The notes beneath the pieces are model-generated. The model saw nothing but the letters and a program-made list of their open reading frames with translations. It had not been told where the DNA came from and made no database searches. DNA of 63,998 bases, counting the filler, from Piptocephalis cylindrospora (lineage: Eukaryota): assembly GCA_003614145.1 (NCBI GenBank). It is 14 parts of 14 records of this genome, joined end to end, with 100 filler letters (N's around TTAATTAATTAA, not from the genome) between each part and the next. Parts side by side here need not be neighbours in the genome. Positions count along the whole stretch, not along the records: positions 1 to 4,545 come from KZ988509.1; positions 4,646 to 9,184 come from KZ988510.1; positions 9,285 to 13,808 come from KZ988511.1; positions 13,909 to 18,423 come from KZ988513.1; 10 more parts are not named here. One strand, 5' to 3'. Position 1 is the first letter of the stretch. Each line of letters opens with the position of its first letter. Below, piece after piece: positions 1 to 15,444 of this stretch. A program made the translations under genes and the position numbers.

Positions 1-433
1 GAGGGTGTGTGTTGTCGGGTGAGATGAATAAAGTGTTTGTGTGTGTGCTGTGGGGGGTGGGGGGGGGGGGGGGGGGGGGGGGGGGGAGGGGGAGGCCGAA
101 GATAGAGCTCCTATCGAGAGGTTGGATGTGCATTTTAGACATGGCGTGCTTTTGCTTCGCACCATCAACTCATAACGTCCATTGTAATCTGGGTCCGCCT
201 TCTGTAGCAAAGAAGGAGGTATAAGAGAATCCATAAAAGGCATTTGGGATATCCAGCCAGAATGTACGTTTATTGCAGCCAACGAAAATTATTGGGCGAA
301 AGAAACAGTATTCTAGTAACCCATTAACGATCGGGGATGGTGGGAGACATCAGGGTGAAATGGACTTTCCAGGGACAAACCTCATTTCAAGATGTAGTAA
401 AGTGCATAAGGTGTGAGAGAGAGTCATTGGGTG

Positions 434-1168
434 TCAATCTTTTAACCATTCGAGATACTGCCCATCATTTTCACATTTTACTAGTTGGGCATTGTTATCC
501 AGACAGCTCCAATACCCCCGGAGTAAATCGGCAACGGAATTGAGATGAGCGTAGCGGTGGTTGTTGATTGTAGCCGTCCAAAGACTAGACAAGAACTTGT
601 AGTTGTCGTCGACTTGATCAATGGTGTTCATATTCATTTTAATAATGGAGTCTCCAGATCCTTGGGACGGGGGTGTGGGGCATGTTCCATTCACGGGCCT
701 CTTATGGTCGGTTACCCTATCACCTTCGATGGCTGATCCTAAAACACAGCCTCTGCCTTGCAAGCTCTTAATTTGAAAGGCATACATTCTCATACTGTTT
801 AGGTAAGAGAGGTTGTGATCAATGACATAATATTTGGGGCCCATGTTAGTAGATACGGCCTTGGGATCGGCGTCCGCGCCCACCATGGCAACACCATCTC
901 CCGCGATGTTCAGCCCCAGATAAGTCCTATCCAGACGATTCTGCATTTTGAAGGAGAATTTTTCGTCCGGGCTATAAGTCGAGCCAGGACGATAGCCAGC
1001 ACCATCGACTTTGACAAACACGGATGGGCCCTGAGCTGGCTCGGGGTTCCCATCAATATAAAAGCTGCTGGGTTCAATGAGTGTAGTATTGGCAAAAGTA
1101 ATACTGATGTGCTGGACCGAGGGGCTGTCGTATGATCCTTCAGCAAACGTGGAAGAGCCGGTACCCAT
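434..1168 (-). CDS. Hypothetical protein (244 aa), possible N-myristoylation signal
   Basis: Intronless ORF; first ATG at 1168 gives MGTGSS (MGxxxS) after a pyrimidine-rich leader; globular composition; no family recognised. Confidence 0.6.
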   Translation of the reverse strand: MGTGSSTFAEGSYDSPSVQHISITFANTTLIEPSSFYIDGNPEPAQGPSVFVKVDGAGYRPGSTYSPDEKFSFKMQNRLDRTYLGLNIAGDGVAMVGADADPKAVSTNMGPKYYVIDHNLSYLNSMRMYAFQIKSLQGRGCVLGSAIEGDRVTDHKRPVNGTCPTPPSQGSGDSIIKMNMNTIDQVDDNYKFLSSLWTATINNHRYAHLNSVADLLRGYWSCLDNNAQLVKCENDGQYLEWLKD

Positions 1169-1962
1169 GATTGAATGAGAGGAAGACAAAAGCGATGAAG
1201 TGTGTGGGGAGAGAGGGAGGAAGCTTTAGCACAAAATTTGAAAGGGCTTTGTGACGAACAAGGACGGAAGGGGAGGTATGGGCAGAAGAGGAAGCAGAGG
1301 AGGAAATGACTAGATGATAAGCCAGTATCAAATGATCAAGGGAGGGAGAGGGGAAAGGAGGTTCTGGCGCAGCGAGAAGGATGGGAGAGCAAGTAAGATG
1401 AAGAAAAAGGGGAGGATGCAATGCGGTGACCTCCTATCATGTACTTTTATAGCCGTGGTACGAACAGGTTTCGGAGAGTGAATTGAGCCGCAGGTATAAA
1501 TTAGGCTGAAACAGATTCTCATGCTCGACAATTGAGGGCATCTGAAAAAGATGGTACCTAAATCAGGGATAATGGTCTTTTTGGTAAAAATTAGAGTACT
1601 CTAAATAATTCAACCAAGTGAATTAAGAATTGAACAGAAATGTGAACCAAGGGAAGGCCAAAGGTGAAAAGAAAGAGAGAAACGGAAGGGTAAGCCCCAG
1701 AGTGGAATTGTTTTCCTTTGTTTTGTTGCCTTAATGCTTTCCCAGACTATTCAATCGATCTTAATAAATAGCTATACTAGCAAGTGTGAGGATTGGAGGA
1801 GGATACATAGTAGGATGGGCGGATGCTGATAACTGATCAACTCTCTGGATCAGACCAGACGACAAATATTCACAGGATGGTTTCCGCTCCCTGACTTTCT
1901 CTGCCCCATCATATCTCAGATTTTTTACCCACACATACGCACACAAGGCGACAGTGAATTCG

Positions 1963-2035
1963 ACGCGTTCCTTGGCGGAGAAGCGCGTTTTAAGGGAATC
2001 CAAGAGTATGGACAATGAAATAACAATAGACGCGT
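1963..2035. promoter_or_regulatory. MCB (MluI cell-cycle box) cluster upstream of thymidylate synthase
   Basis: ACGCGT at 1963-1968 and 2030-2035, GCGCGT at 1983-1988, 80-150 nt before the ATG. Confidence 0.6.
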
Positions 2036-2113
2036 TGCTAATCTGGATCGTTTATCGAGGAGGCGCCTTTTCTTCTCCACCCTTCTTCCTTCTCCCTCAC
2101 ATCCTCCAATACC

Positions 2114-3019
2114 ATGAGCCAACCGGAAAACACTGAAGAATCCCAGTACCTAGCCCTTGTCCAGGACATCTTGAAGCGCGGGGAGGAACGACTGGACCGG
2201 ACGGGTACTGGGACGCTTGCGGTGTTTGCTCCACCCCAGCTACGCTTCTCTCTGCGTAATGATACGTTTCCTCTGCTGACGACCAAGAGAGTGCCATTTC
2301 GGGTGGTAGCCGAGGAGCTCTTATGGTTCGTGCGTGGAGAGACCGACGGGACCAAGCTGAGCGCCAAGGGCGTTCGAATCTGGGGAGGGAATGGGAGCCG
2401 TGAATTCTTGGATCGAGTGGGGCTGAGCCATCGACGGGAGGGTGACTTGGGCCCGATCTACGGATGGCAGTGGCGACACTTTGGAGCCGAGTACGTGGAC
2501 TGTGATGCAGACTACACAGGCAAGGGGGTGGACCAGCTGGCCGAGGTGGTCCGAAAGATTCGGGAGCAGCCGACGGACCGGCGCATTATCCTTAGTGCGT
2601 GGAACCCAGCAGACCTGGACAAGATGGCCCTTCCACCCTGTCACATGTTCTGCCAATTCTTCGTATCGGGAACCTCGGGTCCCCCAGAGGACCGGGAACT
2701 CTCCTGTCTCCTGTACCAACGGTCCTGCGACATGGGCCTCGGGGTCCCCTTCAATATTGCCTCCTACGCCCTCCTCACCCGAATGATCGCGCATGTGTGT
2801 GGGATACGTGCTGGAGACTTTATCCACACTATGGGCGACACTCATATCTACAAGGATCACGTCTCGGCCCTCCAGGAGCAGCTGACTCGGGCTCCCCGGA
2901 CCTTCCCCACCCTTCGGATCTCTGGATCGGTGGAGCGTGTGGAGGATTTCTCCATCGATGACTTTGTCGTTGAGGACTATGATCCTCATAAGAAGCTTCC
3001 CATGAAAATGAGTGTATGA
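2114..3019 (+). CDS. CDC21: Thymidylate synthase
   Basis: [22 protein letters not shown], catalytic [25 protein letters not shown]; intronless, 301 aa. Confidence 0.98.
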   Translation: MSQPENTEESQYLALVQDILKRGEERLDRTGTGTLAVFAPPQLRFSLRNDTFPLLTTKRVPFRVVAEELLWFVRGETDGTKLSAKGVRIWGGNGSREFLDRVGLSHRREGDLGPIYGWQWRHFGAEYVDCDADYTGKGVDQLAEVVRKIREQPTDRRIILSAWNPADLDKMALPPCHMFCQFFVSGTSGPPEDRELSCLLYQRSCDMGLGVPFNIASYALLTRMIAHVCGIRAGDFIHTMGDTHIYKDHVSALQEQLTRAPRTFPTLRISGSVERVEDFSIDDFVVEDYDPHKKLPMKMSV

Positions 3020-3168
3020 TGGGGGAGGGAGGGGAAGAGCATGAACATGGGGTAAGTGGCCTCCCACTTGCTCCCTACTTGAGCCACTGGAGGGAACGGC
3101 GGGAGGGGGGAATTCAAGACCCATTGCAACTTATTTCACCCAATCAGATTCATAAAGTAGAACGCCTC

Positions 3169-3207
3169 AGGATAGGCTGGATAGGGTGAGGATAGGCTGG
3201 ATAGGGT
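3169..3207 (+). repeat. Tandem duplication, 20-nt period
   Basis: AGGATAGGCTGGATAGGGT at 3169-3187 and 3189-3207. Confidence 0.85.
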
Positions 3208-4545
3208 CTAGGAAATGATAAAGAATGACATATCAAGAAGAGATTATGTCCGACTTTTCCTTATTATCCGAAACATTCTACTAGATCTGCGTTCCCGTCC
3301 GCTTGGGCTCCTCACACAGCCCTGATAAGCATGATTCCTTTGTCTTATCTGAGCAAATGGGAATGGATGAGGGGGAAAGAGGGATCAGGGAAAGATCATT
3401 CTTCCTGTTCCCTCATCCCCCCTTTAAAACCAACCCGCCCATGGCCCTGTCGGACTTTGTCTTCACACGTGTTTCGCGAACATCCTACTTGCAGTAAAGT
3501 ACGGATTGACCAATGAATGCCGATCTTGTCTGTTCTATTTGGAAGAGGCGTCTGGATGACAACGGAGGTTTCCTTTTCCTCTTCCATTATCCATGGCGAG
3601 GCGGAAGACCAATCGGACGCTCTGGAATCTCGGGTCCAATACCGATGAGAGGTGGTCCCCTCCTTCCTTGCGCCCATTCTCCGTGTTCATCCTGATCTCA
3701 CGAACGGGATGAGACTTGGAGGGGAAAGGGAGGAGAGGGTCTCCATCCATGACTAATTCTCCTTCCTTTCCCAAGACAAATTCCCATGGCCATTCTTGCT
3801 GGGTGGATGAACGAGTGCCACGTTCTAGCTTTAGAGAACTTGATCCATTCCACATGGCCAGGGTCCTCTCGCCCCCTTGTCCAAGGACCAAATTCAACTC
3901 CGCCGTAATGTCTACCCCGCGCCCCCTGATGCAGATCCTTTTCCATGTGTGGAGAGCAATATGACTGTGAGGGCCTCCAATTCATCCATTCAATGGCTCG
4001 GTGATGACCCGACCAAGGAACACGATGAGGGAGGGTTGACCAAGGCCAATGCTATTCCCATCCACCAAACGACCAAAGTAGGCCCCGTAAAAGTAGGATC
4101 CCCATGACGTAGGCTAAAGCTTTGGACTGGGAGTACTATTCATGCTATCCCTCCTTCCCATGATACTACCGTAGATCCTCCCAAAAGCAAGTCGGAAGGT
4201 TTGTGACTTGAGAGAGGAAGAGGCCAAGGTCAGTACCCACGAAATGGGTGTTTTACTCTTCGATTGACCTTACATCGTCTCCCTCTCCGAAGGAGTTTCT
4301 GCGCGTAGAATCCTCCTACCCTGGATCTTCATTCTCCTACGACTACGACTTGTGCTGGTTCGGGGGATATGGATGCAGGGGAAGGGGCGGGGGGGGGGGA
4401 GGAGGGGGGGGGTTGCGTCACAGTGAACCCCAGCCTTTATCCGAAAAAGGGTGGCGGGGGAACCATGGGAGGAGAAGAAGCGAGGCGATGGGGGCTGGGT
4501 GAGGACCATCGGAGTGGGAAAGTCGGAGACTGGCACGAGGTTGGG

Positions 4546-4645
4546 NNNNNNNNNNNNNNNNNNNNNNNNNNNNNNNNNNNNNNNNNNNNTTAATTAATTA
4601 ANNNNNNNNNNNNNNNNNNNNNNNNNNNNNNNNNNNNNNNNNNNN
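4546..4645. other. Artificial contig spacer (first of 13)
   Basis: N44-TTAATTAATTAA-N44 with stops in six frames; others start at 9185, 13809, 18424, 23034, 27634, 32223, 36800, 41375, 45949, 50520, 55087, 59649. Confidence 0.99.
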
Positions 4646-4654
4646 CCCCCCGCC

Positions 4655-7269
<2,615 letters not shown>

Positions 7270-9129
7270 AGGTGGGGAGGAGTGCAAGTAGGAATAAGTA
7301 GGAGGGAATCAGTACGTTCAATCCCTTATGGGGATATACGCACGAGTTATTTTGTCGCAAAGGGGATGTGGTGTATCCCCATCTTATACCGAACGGTACC
7401 TGAGCGCGTATGTGCAGGTATGATCTAAGAGGAAAGGGGAGAGGAAAAGAGGAGAGGTTTTTATTATTGAAGGACGAGAGGGGGCAGGGGGGGAGGTAGA
7501 AGTAGGATTTAGGGTACATTATAACCTCTTTATAGCTTTTCTTTTTTTTGCATTTATTATTATGACAGAAATTGATGATGATATGGCCATTCTATTTTCC
7601 CTTTGTGAGGTAGATAAGGGTGTCCAAACATAATGTCCATCCCAAGGTCAGTGTCAGATTGATGGATACCTTCGCACATTCCCCGCTTAACAAGTTTATA
7701 CGCGTATGAACGATAGCGCCTTATCACTTCCTTGGTGCGGTGGACGATGAGTAGGGTAACATGAATTCCCCTATGGGTTGATCGGTTCATAAAGGGCTGT
7801 CTCAAGTACGAGTGGTAATAAGGGGAGATACCCATGGGGGCTATGATATCATTCATCCTTGCAATATCCCATCACGCTGCTCACTTACATGATCGGCTTG
7901 CGTGGTGCCAAGGGATGGTCTCTGGCATTCTTTTGATGTTCTTGTGGATGATATAAGGGCGGTAAGACACGGGTGTAGTATTATCCCCAAGCGGTATCGG
8001 TTCACAAACACCCGAGTGCACTCATCTCCAAGATCCCATTTCAAGGGAGATGCCGACTTGATCTACGCGATGATTGCTTGAACCCGTAACTTCGTCCGAG
8101 TCGGATCGCACCCTCTTTCCATGTGATCCATCAAAGGAAGAAATCTTGAACGACGGTCTGGGCACTAGAGGTCTTCTTTTTACTCATCGATGATCATTGA
8201 ATGACTTACTAGACGGGGTTTCCATTGATCCTTTGCGTCTACTTTTATCCACCATGAAGAATGACATTTCCTCCTATCTCTGCTGCATGATGCTAACACA
8301 TGTCTTATCTACCCTGTTCCCCCACTCCCCCTCTCCCCTACTCCAGCTTGTGTCCCATGACCTCTTGTCCTGCCGAAGATTCAAGGTGAGGGATTAGTCC
8401 TGAACAGAGGGTGTCGAGGGAAATGCCAAGGCTTGGGATCGTTGGTCACACGTGTCTCCCATCGTCTCTGTGTACCCAGGTGGAAAGGGGCGGTTCTGCC
8501 TTGGCATTGGTGTTTGCGAGATTTCTCAGAGAAATAGGCCACCAGTGGTTCTCTATCCCCCAGTCATTGCATTCAGTGCACCCATTGTCCCCCTCCGCCT
8601 CGACAGATATCTCTTCATCTCAGTAGCCATCCTGCAAACTCCGATTCTTGTGCCCTCTCATTTCTCGTTCCTTCTCACCTGGCCCCACCTCCCTATTTGG
8701 GGGATCTAGTGACCAGCCCCGTCCCTCACCCATCCATTCTTAGAGTGTGAGCGGAGTTGGTGGTTCCATTCATAGTATCGGATCTAGAATCGGGCTCAGC
8801 TGCTCTACCGGACTTCACCATTTCTTCCCAAGAGGCACAGCGCGACCTTGTCCAGGCGAAGAGAGCAGATTATTCTCTCTAGGTCTACCCGTCCTGCCGG
8901 TCTATAAATACCGCGTCGTTGGTCGCGCAGTACTGGCATAATCCCACCCCTTTCCCTCCCATCTCATACCCCCACCCCTTCCCTTTTTCATAATCCCCTC
9001 CATCTACCACTCGTCTATTATCCCCCTCCCCCCCTACTGTACCTCCCGCGCCCGCTCCATCCCCATCCCAGCTCCATACCCCCCTCATACCAACACTGTC
9101 CATCCCCTCTCGTCCTTCAATAATAAAAA

Positions 9130-9184
9130 TCCTCTCCTCTTTTCTCCTCTCCTCTCCAGACCCTGGAAGGCCTTCGACACCTTC
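9130..9184 (+). repeat. Exact 55-nt copy of 6624-6678 at contig end (assembly artefact)
   Basis: Identical to the STE20 intron/exon junction TCCTCTCCTCTTTT...CAGACCCTGGAAGGCCTTCGACACCTTC. Confidence 0.9.
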
Positions 9185-10463
9185 NNNNNNNNNNNNNNNN
9201 NNNNNNNNNNNNNNNNNNNNNNNNNNNNTTAATTAATTAANNNNNNNNNNNNNNNNNNNNNNNNNNNNNNNNNNNNNNNNNNNNGAAAGCTTAAGAAGGG
9301 AAACATGAAATAAGAGTGGGGATGGGGGGGGGGGGGGGGAGAGGGGGGGGGGGGGAAAAGGGGGAGAAAGGAAAAAAGGGGGAAAGGGAACCCTCGGGAT
9401 CAAAAAAAACAAAGGCCCTGTGGCCAAATGGGGAAACAAAAAAAAAAGGGGGAAAAGGGGGGGGGGGGGCCTGTTCCCCTGTACCCACACTTTATCTCTT
9501 CTGGGGATCCTTTTCCTCTTGTCTATCGTCATCAACTCTCAAGCACTTACGAGAAATTGATTCAAAAATGTGGAAAGGAGTTCAGGATAAAGCAGTATTT
9601 TCCCCCGCCTTCTCTCTTACCATGATCAACGAATATGGTCAAGGGCAGATACACCGTTCTTGGCTGGGCTTCCCCAAGCGAATTGGTGAAAGCCTCTTGA
9701 GCAATAAGATCAAAAAATATATCTGCCCTCTCATTGGCCAGTAAGGGAGATTGAGCTGTTATTTACACTCAGTTTGCCCACACTTTAGCGTTGGGTCGGG
9801 ATAGGTATGGCTTTTTTTTCTTTTTTTTTTCTCCCACCTTAATTTACCCCGCCAACTAATATCTCTTAATCATCCTGGATACATTACCCTTTCATCTGGC
9901 CTTACTGCTGTTAGCGATGAGGATGAATGGCATGCAAGTAAAGACTGCTATGGAAAATAATCAACTAACCACAGCTCAATGCCAGTCCAATCAAACATGG
10001 ATTTCAATAGCGATCGATCCCCATAAAACACCCTAGATGAGACATGTACAAGCTCCTCGAATGAAGATAATCCCGCTTCCTCCTACGCCAAAAGGAACTC
10101 ACTATCTGAAGATCAAGAGGGAGAATATTCACTAACAAAGTCATTCTCCATAACTTTAGTGTCTATTTGGCCCTCTCACACACCATATCGCTAAACTGCA
10201 GCATTCACAACCCCCTGAATCGTCGTAGCGCAGCTGCTTGCGCGTCTGTGTAAGCCAGCCAGCCAGCCCAACTCTCCGCGCATCTCGTGTTCATCTCCTA
10301 GTCCTGTCTGTAGTACCTCCCTTGGATGGCTAGGATCCCTTCTTGGTTCCACCCCTCCCCCCTTGCCCCGATCCCCCACAGAGACCCCAAGATCCTACTT
10401 TCTTTTAGATCCTTTCCACACACACACACGGCTCTATTTAACATCTCATCCTAAAAAGACCCC

Positions 10464-12532
10464 ATGGCATCCCCCACAGATAACCATCCGGCCAAACCCC
10501 CCGCTAAACGCTCCCTACCCTCTCTAGAGCACATCTTGTCTGATGTCCTGATGACCGACGATGACACCACCCAGGAGGTGCGTCATGGAGAGGAGGAGGA
10601 GGAGGAGGAGGAAGAGGAAGCCAAAGATGAGGCCCCTGTACCCGAAGGCTTTTGCGTAGAATGTCGGGATCAACGGGTAGCTTTGTACTGCGAAGCCTGT
10701 GCCGAGGAATTTTGCGAGGTGTGCTTTAGTATGCTGCATCGTACAGGTAATCGTCAGCGACATCGGACACGTAACCTGCTCTCGGATCAAGAACTTAAAT
10801 CCCTACACGGACGACTGGGCACCAAGGGCATCCTCCCAACCCCCAACTCCAACTTATCTTCCTCCTCCTCCACTACCTCTTCGACTGCTACCCTCAAGGA
10901 GGATTCAGAGGCTTTGGAAGCCAACGAAGATCAAAAGCCCCAGGCCTCACCCGTTATCATCTCCTCAGGAAGCTCCTTTGGAACCTGGATCGCCGAGCGA
11001 TCCAGGTACATCCCTCTTCGATTAAACCTACGTGAACGTCGGCTTCTGCGTCTCCTCGAGGCTGCTCTAAATGTTAACGAGTACACCGACAAAGTCGATA
11101 TTCTACACTATGGCAATAAGTCTCAGAGGATGATTGCCCAGATCCGTGACATGTGCGCCGTCCTTTCCGGTCTTTTGGTCGCTAGTGACTACAAGGCTGG
11201 CCAAGATCTCATTGCTGATAATGATTTTGCCGATAATGAGGAGTTTTTCCTCACGATCTTTGAGATTGGTCGTCGGCACAAGGTGATGAACCCAGAGAAG
11301 ATGAGATCAGCATACGGAAAGCTCATGTACCTCTTGCAAGACTCTGTCATCCCTGAAGTCCAGGATGCCCTGGAAATGAGGTGCGTTCAGCCCCTTCGTA
11401 CCGTCCATACCTTCCTGGAGGATCGTGGAGCCCTGGCCCTCCTGGAGGATGGCCATGTTATGACCGCCACCCGGGAAATTACCCCCGAGGGTAAGTCCCG
11501 TTCCGTCATCCAACGGGAAATCCGAGAGAAGGAAAGGGCTATCGAACTTCTGGCCCGCAAATACTCCAAGACCGCCAATATTACCCCCGATGAAATCCGT
11601 CGGTGTCTCTACAGTATTGGCGATAACCATAGCTTTCTCCGGTCCAATCGGTGAGTCAAAAAAGAAGGGGAGGCATGGTTTTCTCCTCACCTCTCCCTCT
11701 CTCGTTTACTTTATCACCATTCATCTAATCATGATTCCTCTTTCCTTGATCCAGTGACCCATGTGATCGAATGATTCATTATCTCACTCGACACTTCAAC
11801 TCCTCAACCCCCGCTTCCCCTACCCGGGACCTTTCCATTGCATATGGTAAGGGTGGAGCCAGACTCTCCCATGATCATAGCTCCCAGTGGCAATACGTCC
11901 ACCAGACCCTATCCCTATGGAGGGAGATCATGCATGAAATGTTTCATCTTTGGTATCAGGCCGATGAGGACCTCCTGGATACTCGTAACCCCTACAGGCT
12001 ACGGGACACCGGTCAGGGTCTAAACCGGCTACAGGCGTGTCCTCGAGTCGGCCGATCCATTCATCGGATCCTTCATGCTGCTCAGAAGCGATGCGGTTCC
12101 TGGATCGGATCTTCGGTTGTCCACCTGGGTGACCGTAATGTCCCCAACGCCCTGATGTTCATCGACAAGTACAATCAAGTCACTCGCATCCTCGGTCCCC
12201 TTGCTACTTGTCTCACTCGTCTGGAGGCTGCCGAGGCTAATTCCGACGCTGAAAGCTCCCTTCGTCTCTTCTGCCAGGCCTTGGTCGAGGCCGAATGGGG
12301 GGAGGACTCGGAGGAGGACCCCGTAACTACCGTCAAGCTCGCCCTTCTGACCGACTTTTTCCGCTATGCTTTTGACGGAAGTGGTGCAGACAACTTTTAC
12401 GACGCTGGCTCCTGCATTGACGGTCGCCTCACCTCGGCATGGAACTGGTGTTCGATGGTAGAGAAGAAGGTTTATTATCCTGTCTTGCTTCTCACTGGCT
12501 TTGCCGGTTTCGATGGCGGTGGTTTCCAATAG
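10464..12532 (+). CDS. B-box zinc finger + DUF2009 (UPF0652-like) protein
   Basis: CVEC..CEAC..FCEVC..H..H; YIPLRL, YTDKVD, MNPEKMR, FDGSGADNFYDAGSCIDGRLTSAWNWCS; intron 11651-11754 restores NRDPCDRM. Confidence 0.85.
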
Positions 12533-12672
12533 ATAAACCGTGCTTGCGCGTGTGCTTTTTTACGACACCTCCAGATTTATTCTGGACAATTGGTATGAAT
12601 GGTCGTCACTCAATATCACTCCCCAAAATCTAGTAAGAGTGTAGATTGGAAATAAAGGGGGAAGAGGATTGT

Positions 12673-13808
12673 CTATTTTCGTACACGACTCTTTTCTGCT
12701 GGAACTACCCAGCTCATCCCGTAATATGGTTCCTGGGATTGAACCCATGCGATCAGGTCAGGCGATCCTCGGCCCTGGTCACACCACATTCTCGCCTGCC
12801 TCCACACCCACCGAGCATCTCGTCTTCTTCCCTGCTGCACCGCTGTCCGCACCGCCATAATCCACAGAGGCCGGTCAATCGGCGCGTCATCTCGTAACAA
12901 CGCCCGTATCACACGCTCTACCCCGACACTCTTAATCCCATCATCCTTTCCCTTCCTTGATTCCTGCCCTGAAGGTCCGGACGAAAGGGATCGCAGTTGT
13001 AGGGATCGCAAGATGGCCATAGCCATGCTCGGGAGAAAGGGCCAGCCCTCAGCTTCCAAAATTTCCCAGAGTCGTGCCACACACACCATGTCCCCTGCCC
13101 TCGCCATCCCGGCTATGAATGTGCCCAGGAGCACCTGGGGAGTCATTTTCTTTCCCTCATCCTCGGGATCAAGGGTATGCGGGCAATGTGTCATCTGACC
13201 AATCTCTCTCAATGCTTTCTCCATCCCATGCACGTCCCCACACCTTCCATACGCATCCACCACCATAGTCCAGTGTCGAGCGGTGATCGAGACTTTGGAA
13301 AGCTGTGCAATCCGGCCCATTTCCGATAAGAGCACATTCACGTGGGCCCCAGTATTACCTTGATGGATGGAGGCTCGTAGTAGCGCCACAACGGTATGTG
13401 AGGTCATGGGTTGTCCTCTCCCTCTCATTTGCCCATACACCCATCGAACCCTATGCCAATCCCGTGCATCCGTGGCTCCTGTGATGGCTGCATTGTACGG
13501 GATGGCTGAGGCAGGCTCAGTAGGGAAGTGCCGCTTCCACATCCTCCCCATCACTTGCTCTAGACTATTTCCCATCCGATGCTTTGCTAAAGCGTACGTT
13601 AGTATGCTGTAAGTATACAGGTCAGGTAAGGGGCGGCTACGTGGATTAGGAGGGATTGGTGATCCTTCTCCTTCCAAATTCCACCAGATCTTCAAAGCAC
13701 ATGATATCCTCGAGGCCACGTCCTCTTTCCCAGTGTCGAGTAAGACGGACGAAGAAGAGCATAGAGCCTGGATTAGACGATTAGTGGGTTCAATGGCCGG
13801 AAGGATGC
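12673..13808 (-). CDS. Pentatricopeptide-repeat protein, 5' partial
   Basis: About 35-aa helical repeats (YTYSILTYALAK, PYNAAITG, HWTMVVDAYGRCGD, FIAGMARAGD); frame open to contig edge. Confidence 0.75.
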
Positions 13809-13908
13809 NNNNNNNNNNNNNNNNNNNNNNNNNNNNNNNNNNNNNNNNNNNNTTAATTAATTAANNNNNNNNNNNNNNNNNNNNNNNNNNNNNNNNNNNN
13901 NNNNNNNN

Positions 13909-15444
13909 CCACGGGAAGGGTACCAGGGGCACTGTGGAGTCTTCGGTTGGCATCCTTGACTCTTCGGGAATCCACAATAATCCTCTTGGTCTTGGTGGCT
14001 TTTGCAATGGCCTTTGGGACATGTCGGTGTCTGTTGATAGGGGAAAGGATCAAAGAATGGGGTGAGATAAGGAAGAAAAGACCATAGCAAAATAGGACAG
14101 CACTTACTTGACCACACGTCGAACCTCAGGCATGTGCTCGTACCGCTCCTTGAGCTTCTCCGAGTACTGGAGATGAGCCCGTTCCCGGTAGTTGATGGGT
14201 CCCAGCTTCTCCGAAGCCTTGGATTTCCACAACCGGATATTTCCATCATCACTCCCAGAGAGGATAAACTTGCTATCCATGCTATACTTGACACAGAAGA
14301 GCCTAAGGAAAAGCGAGGTGGGATGGTGGATGATTAAGATAAAAAGGACAGGGTAGAAATGTATCCTCAACTCAAAGGGTGACTCACCTCTGCATCCGCT
14401 TCGTATGATAAATATCCCGGCTATGACCCTCACCATTCCGGAAGATCCGTAGAGACCGATCGTAGGAGCCCGTGACAATCTCCTGACCAGTCGGGGAGTA
14501 ATCCACGTCCAGAACCGCAGACACGTGATCCTTGAGCACATTGACTGCACTCTTCATGTTCCTCATGTCAAAGGTGTAGCAATTATGATCCTCATTGGCC
14601 GTGGTGAACATGAATGCCTCCATGGGATTCCATGCCAAGGCATTGGTGCTCATCCGTGTCACTAGCTTGGCCAAGGGCGTAGACATCCGCAAATCGTACA
14701 GAATGACTGAGCGATCCGATCCACAACTAGCAAATACCTCCTGCTCTGTCTGGTTGAATTTGACCGAATTAATTGTGTCGGCTCCCCAGGAGAACGACTG
14801 AATGGGTTGCGAATGCTGCAAATCCCAAATGTCCACTTTGGAGCCGGACGTGGCAAAGGATGGTCGGGACCGGTGGTGGTCCACCCCGGTGAATACATCA
14901 TTTCCAGTAAATACCTCCACAGGCTAAGGAGAATGACGATGGTAAGTCAAGTCTGAGGGATCCTTTTTCTTTCAATCCCCTACGTATCACAGCAACTTAC
15001 CTCATGAATGCTTAGTCCATCCTTCCTTTGGGTATCCCAGAGCTTGACAGTTTTATCTGATCCTACAGAGAGGAATTGGGATCCCTGAGGGAAGCTACAC
15101 ACGCCACGCACAATGCCCCGGTGTCCTTGGACAGACCAAGTGCACTTTTGTTCCGGGATATGCCACAGTTTGACCTCTCCATCTCCAGATCCGGAGAGAA
15201 GGGTCTTGAGATCGGTAGACCGACGAGCCATGCAATACACGCCATCGGCATGTCCAGACAAGGCCCCGACAAAGGGTTTGGCGAACATTCGATCCAGTTT
15301 AGCTGCATTGACCGCACGGGTATACTCTCGAGCCTGTTCAAAGGGATGGAGCGTGGGGTCCAGGTTTCGTCGGACCAAATGGAGATCCTGCTTCCGCTCT
15401 CTGGTGCACTCCTCCTTACTTCTTGAAAGGGCCTTGATCTTCAT
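13909..15444 (-). CDS. SOF1: U3 snoRNP WD40 protein Sof1/DCAF13, 3' partial
   Basis: MKIKALSRS, HPFEQAREYTRAVNAAKLDRMFAKPF, HSRDIYHTKRMQR, SGSDDGNIRLWK; three introns. Confidence 0.96.

Noticed and set aside
3300..4545. Possible spliced gene on the minus strand (intron-like 4207-4273)
   Set aside because: Could not assemble a continuous frame or recognise a domain
9285..9480. G/A homopolymer-rich tracts (also 28665-28740, 54970-55086, 55-90) as G-quadruplex or telomeric elements
   Set aside because: Sit at contig or gap edges and look like low-quality sequence after homopolymers; no regular telomere unit
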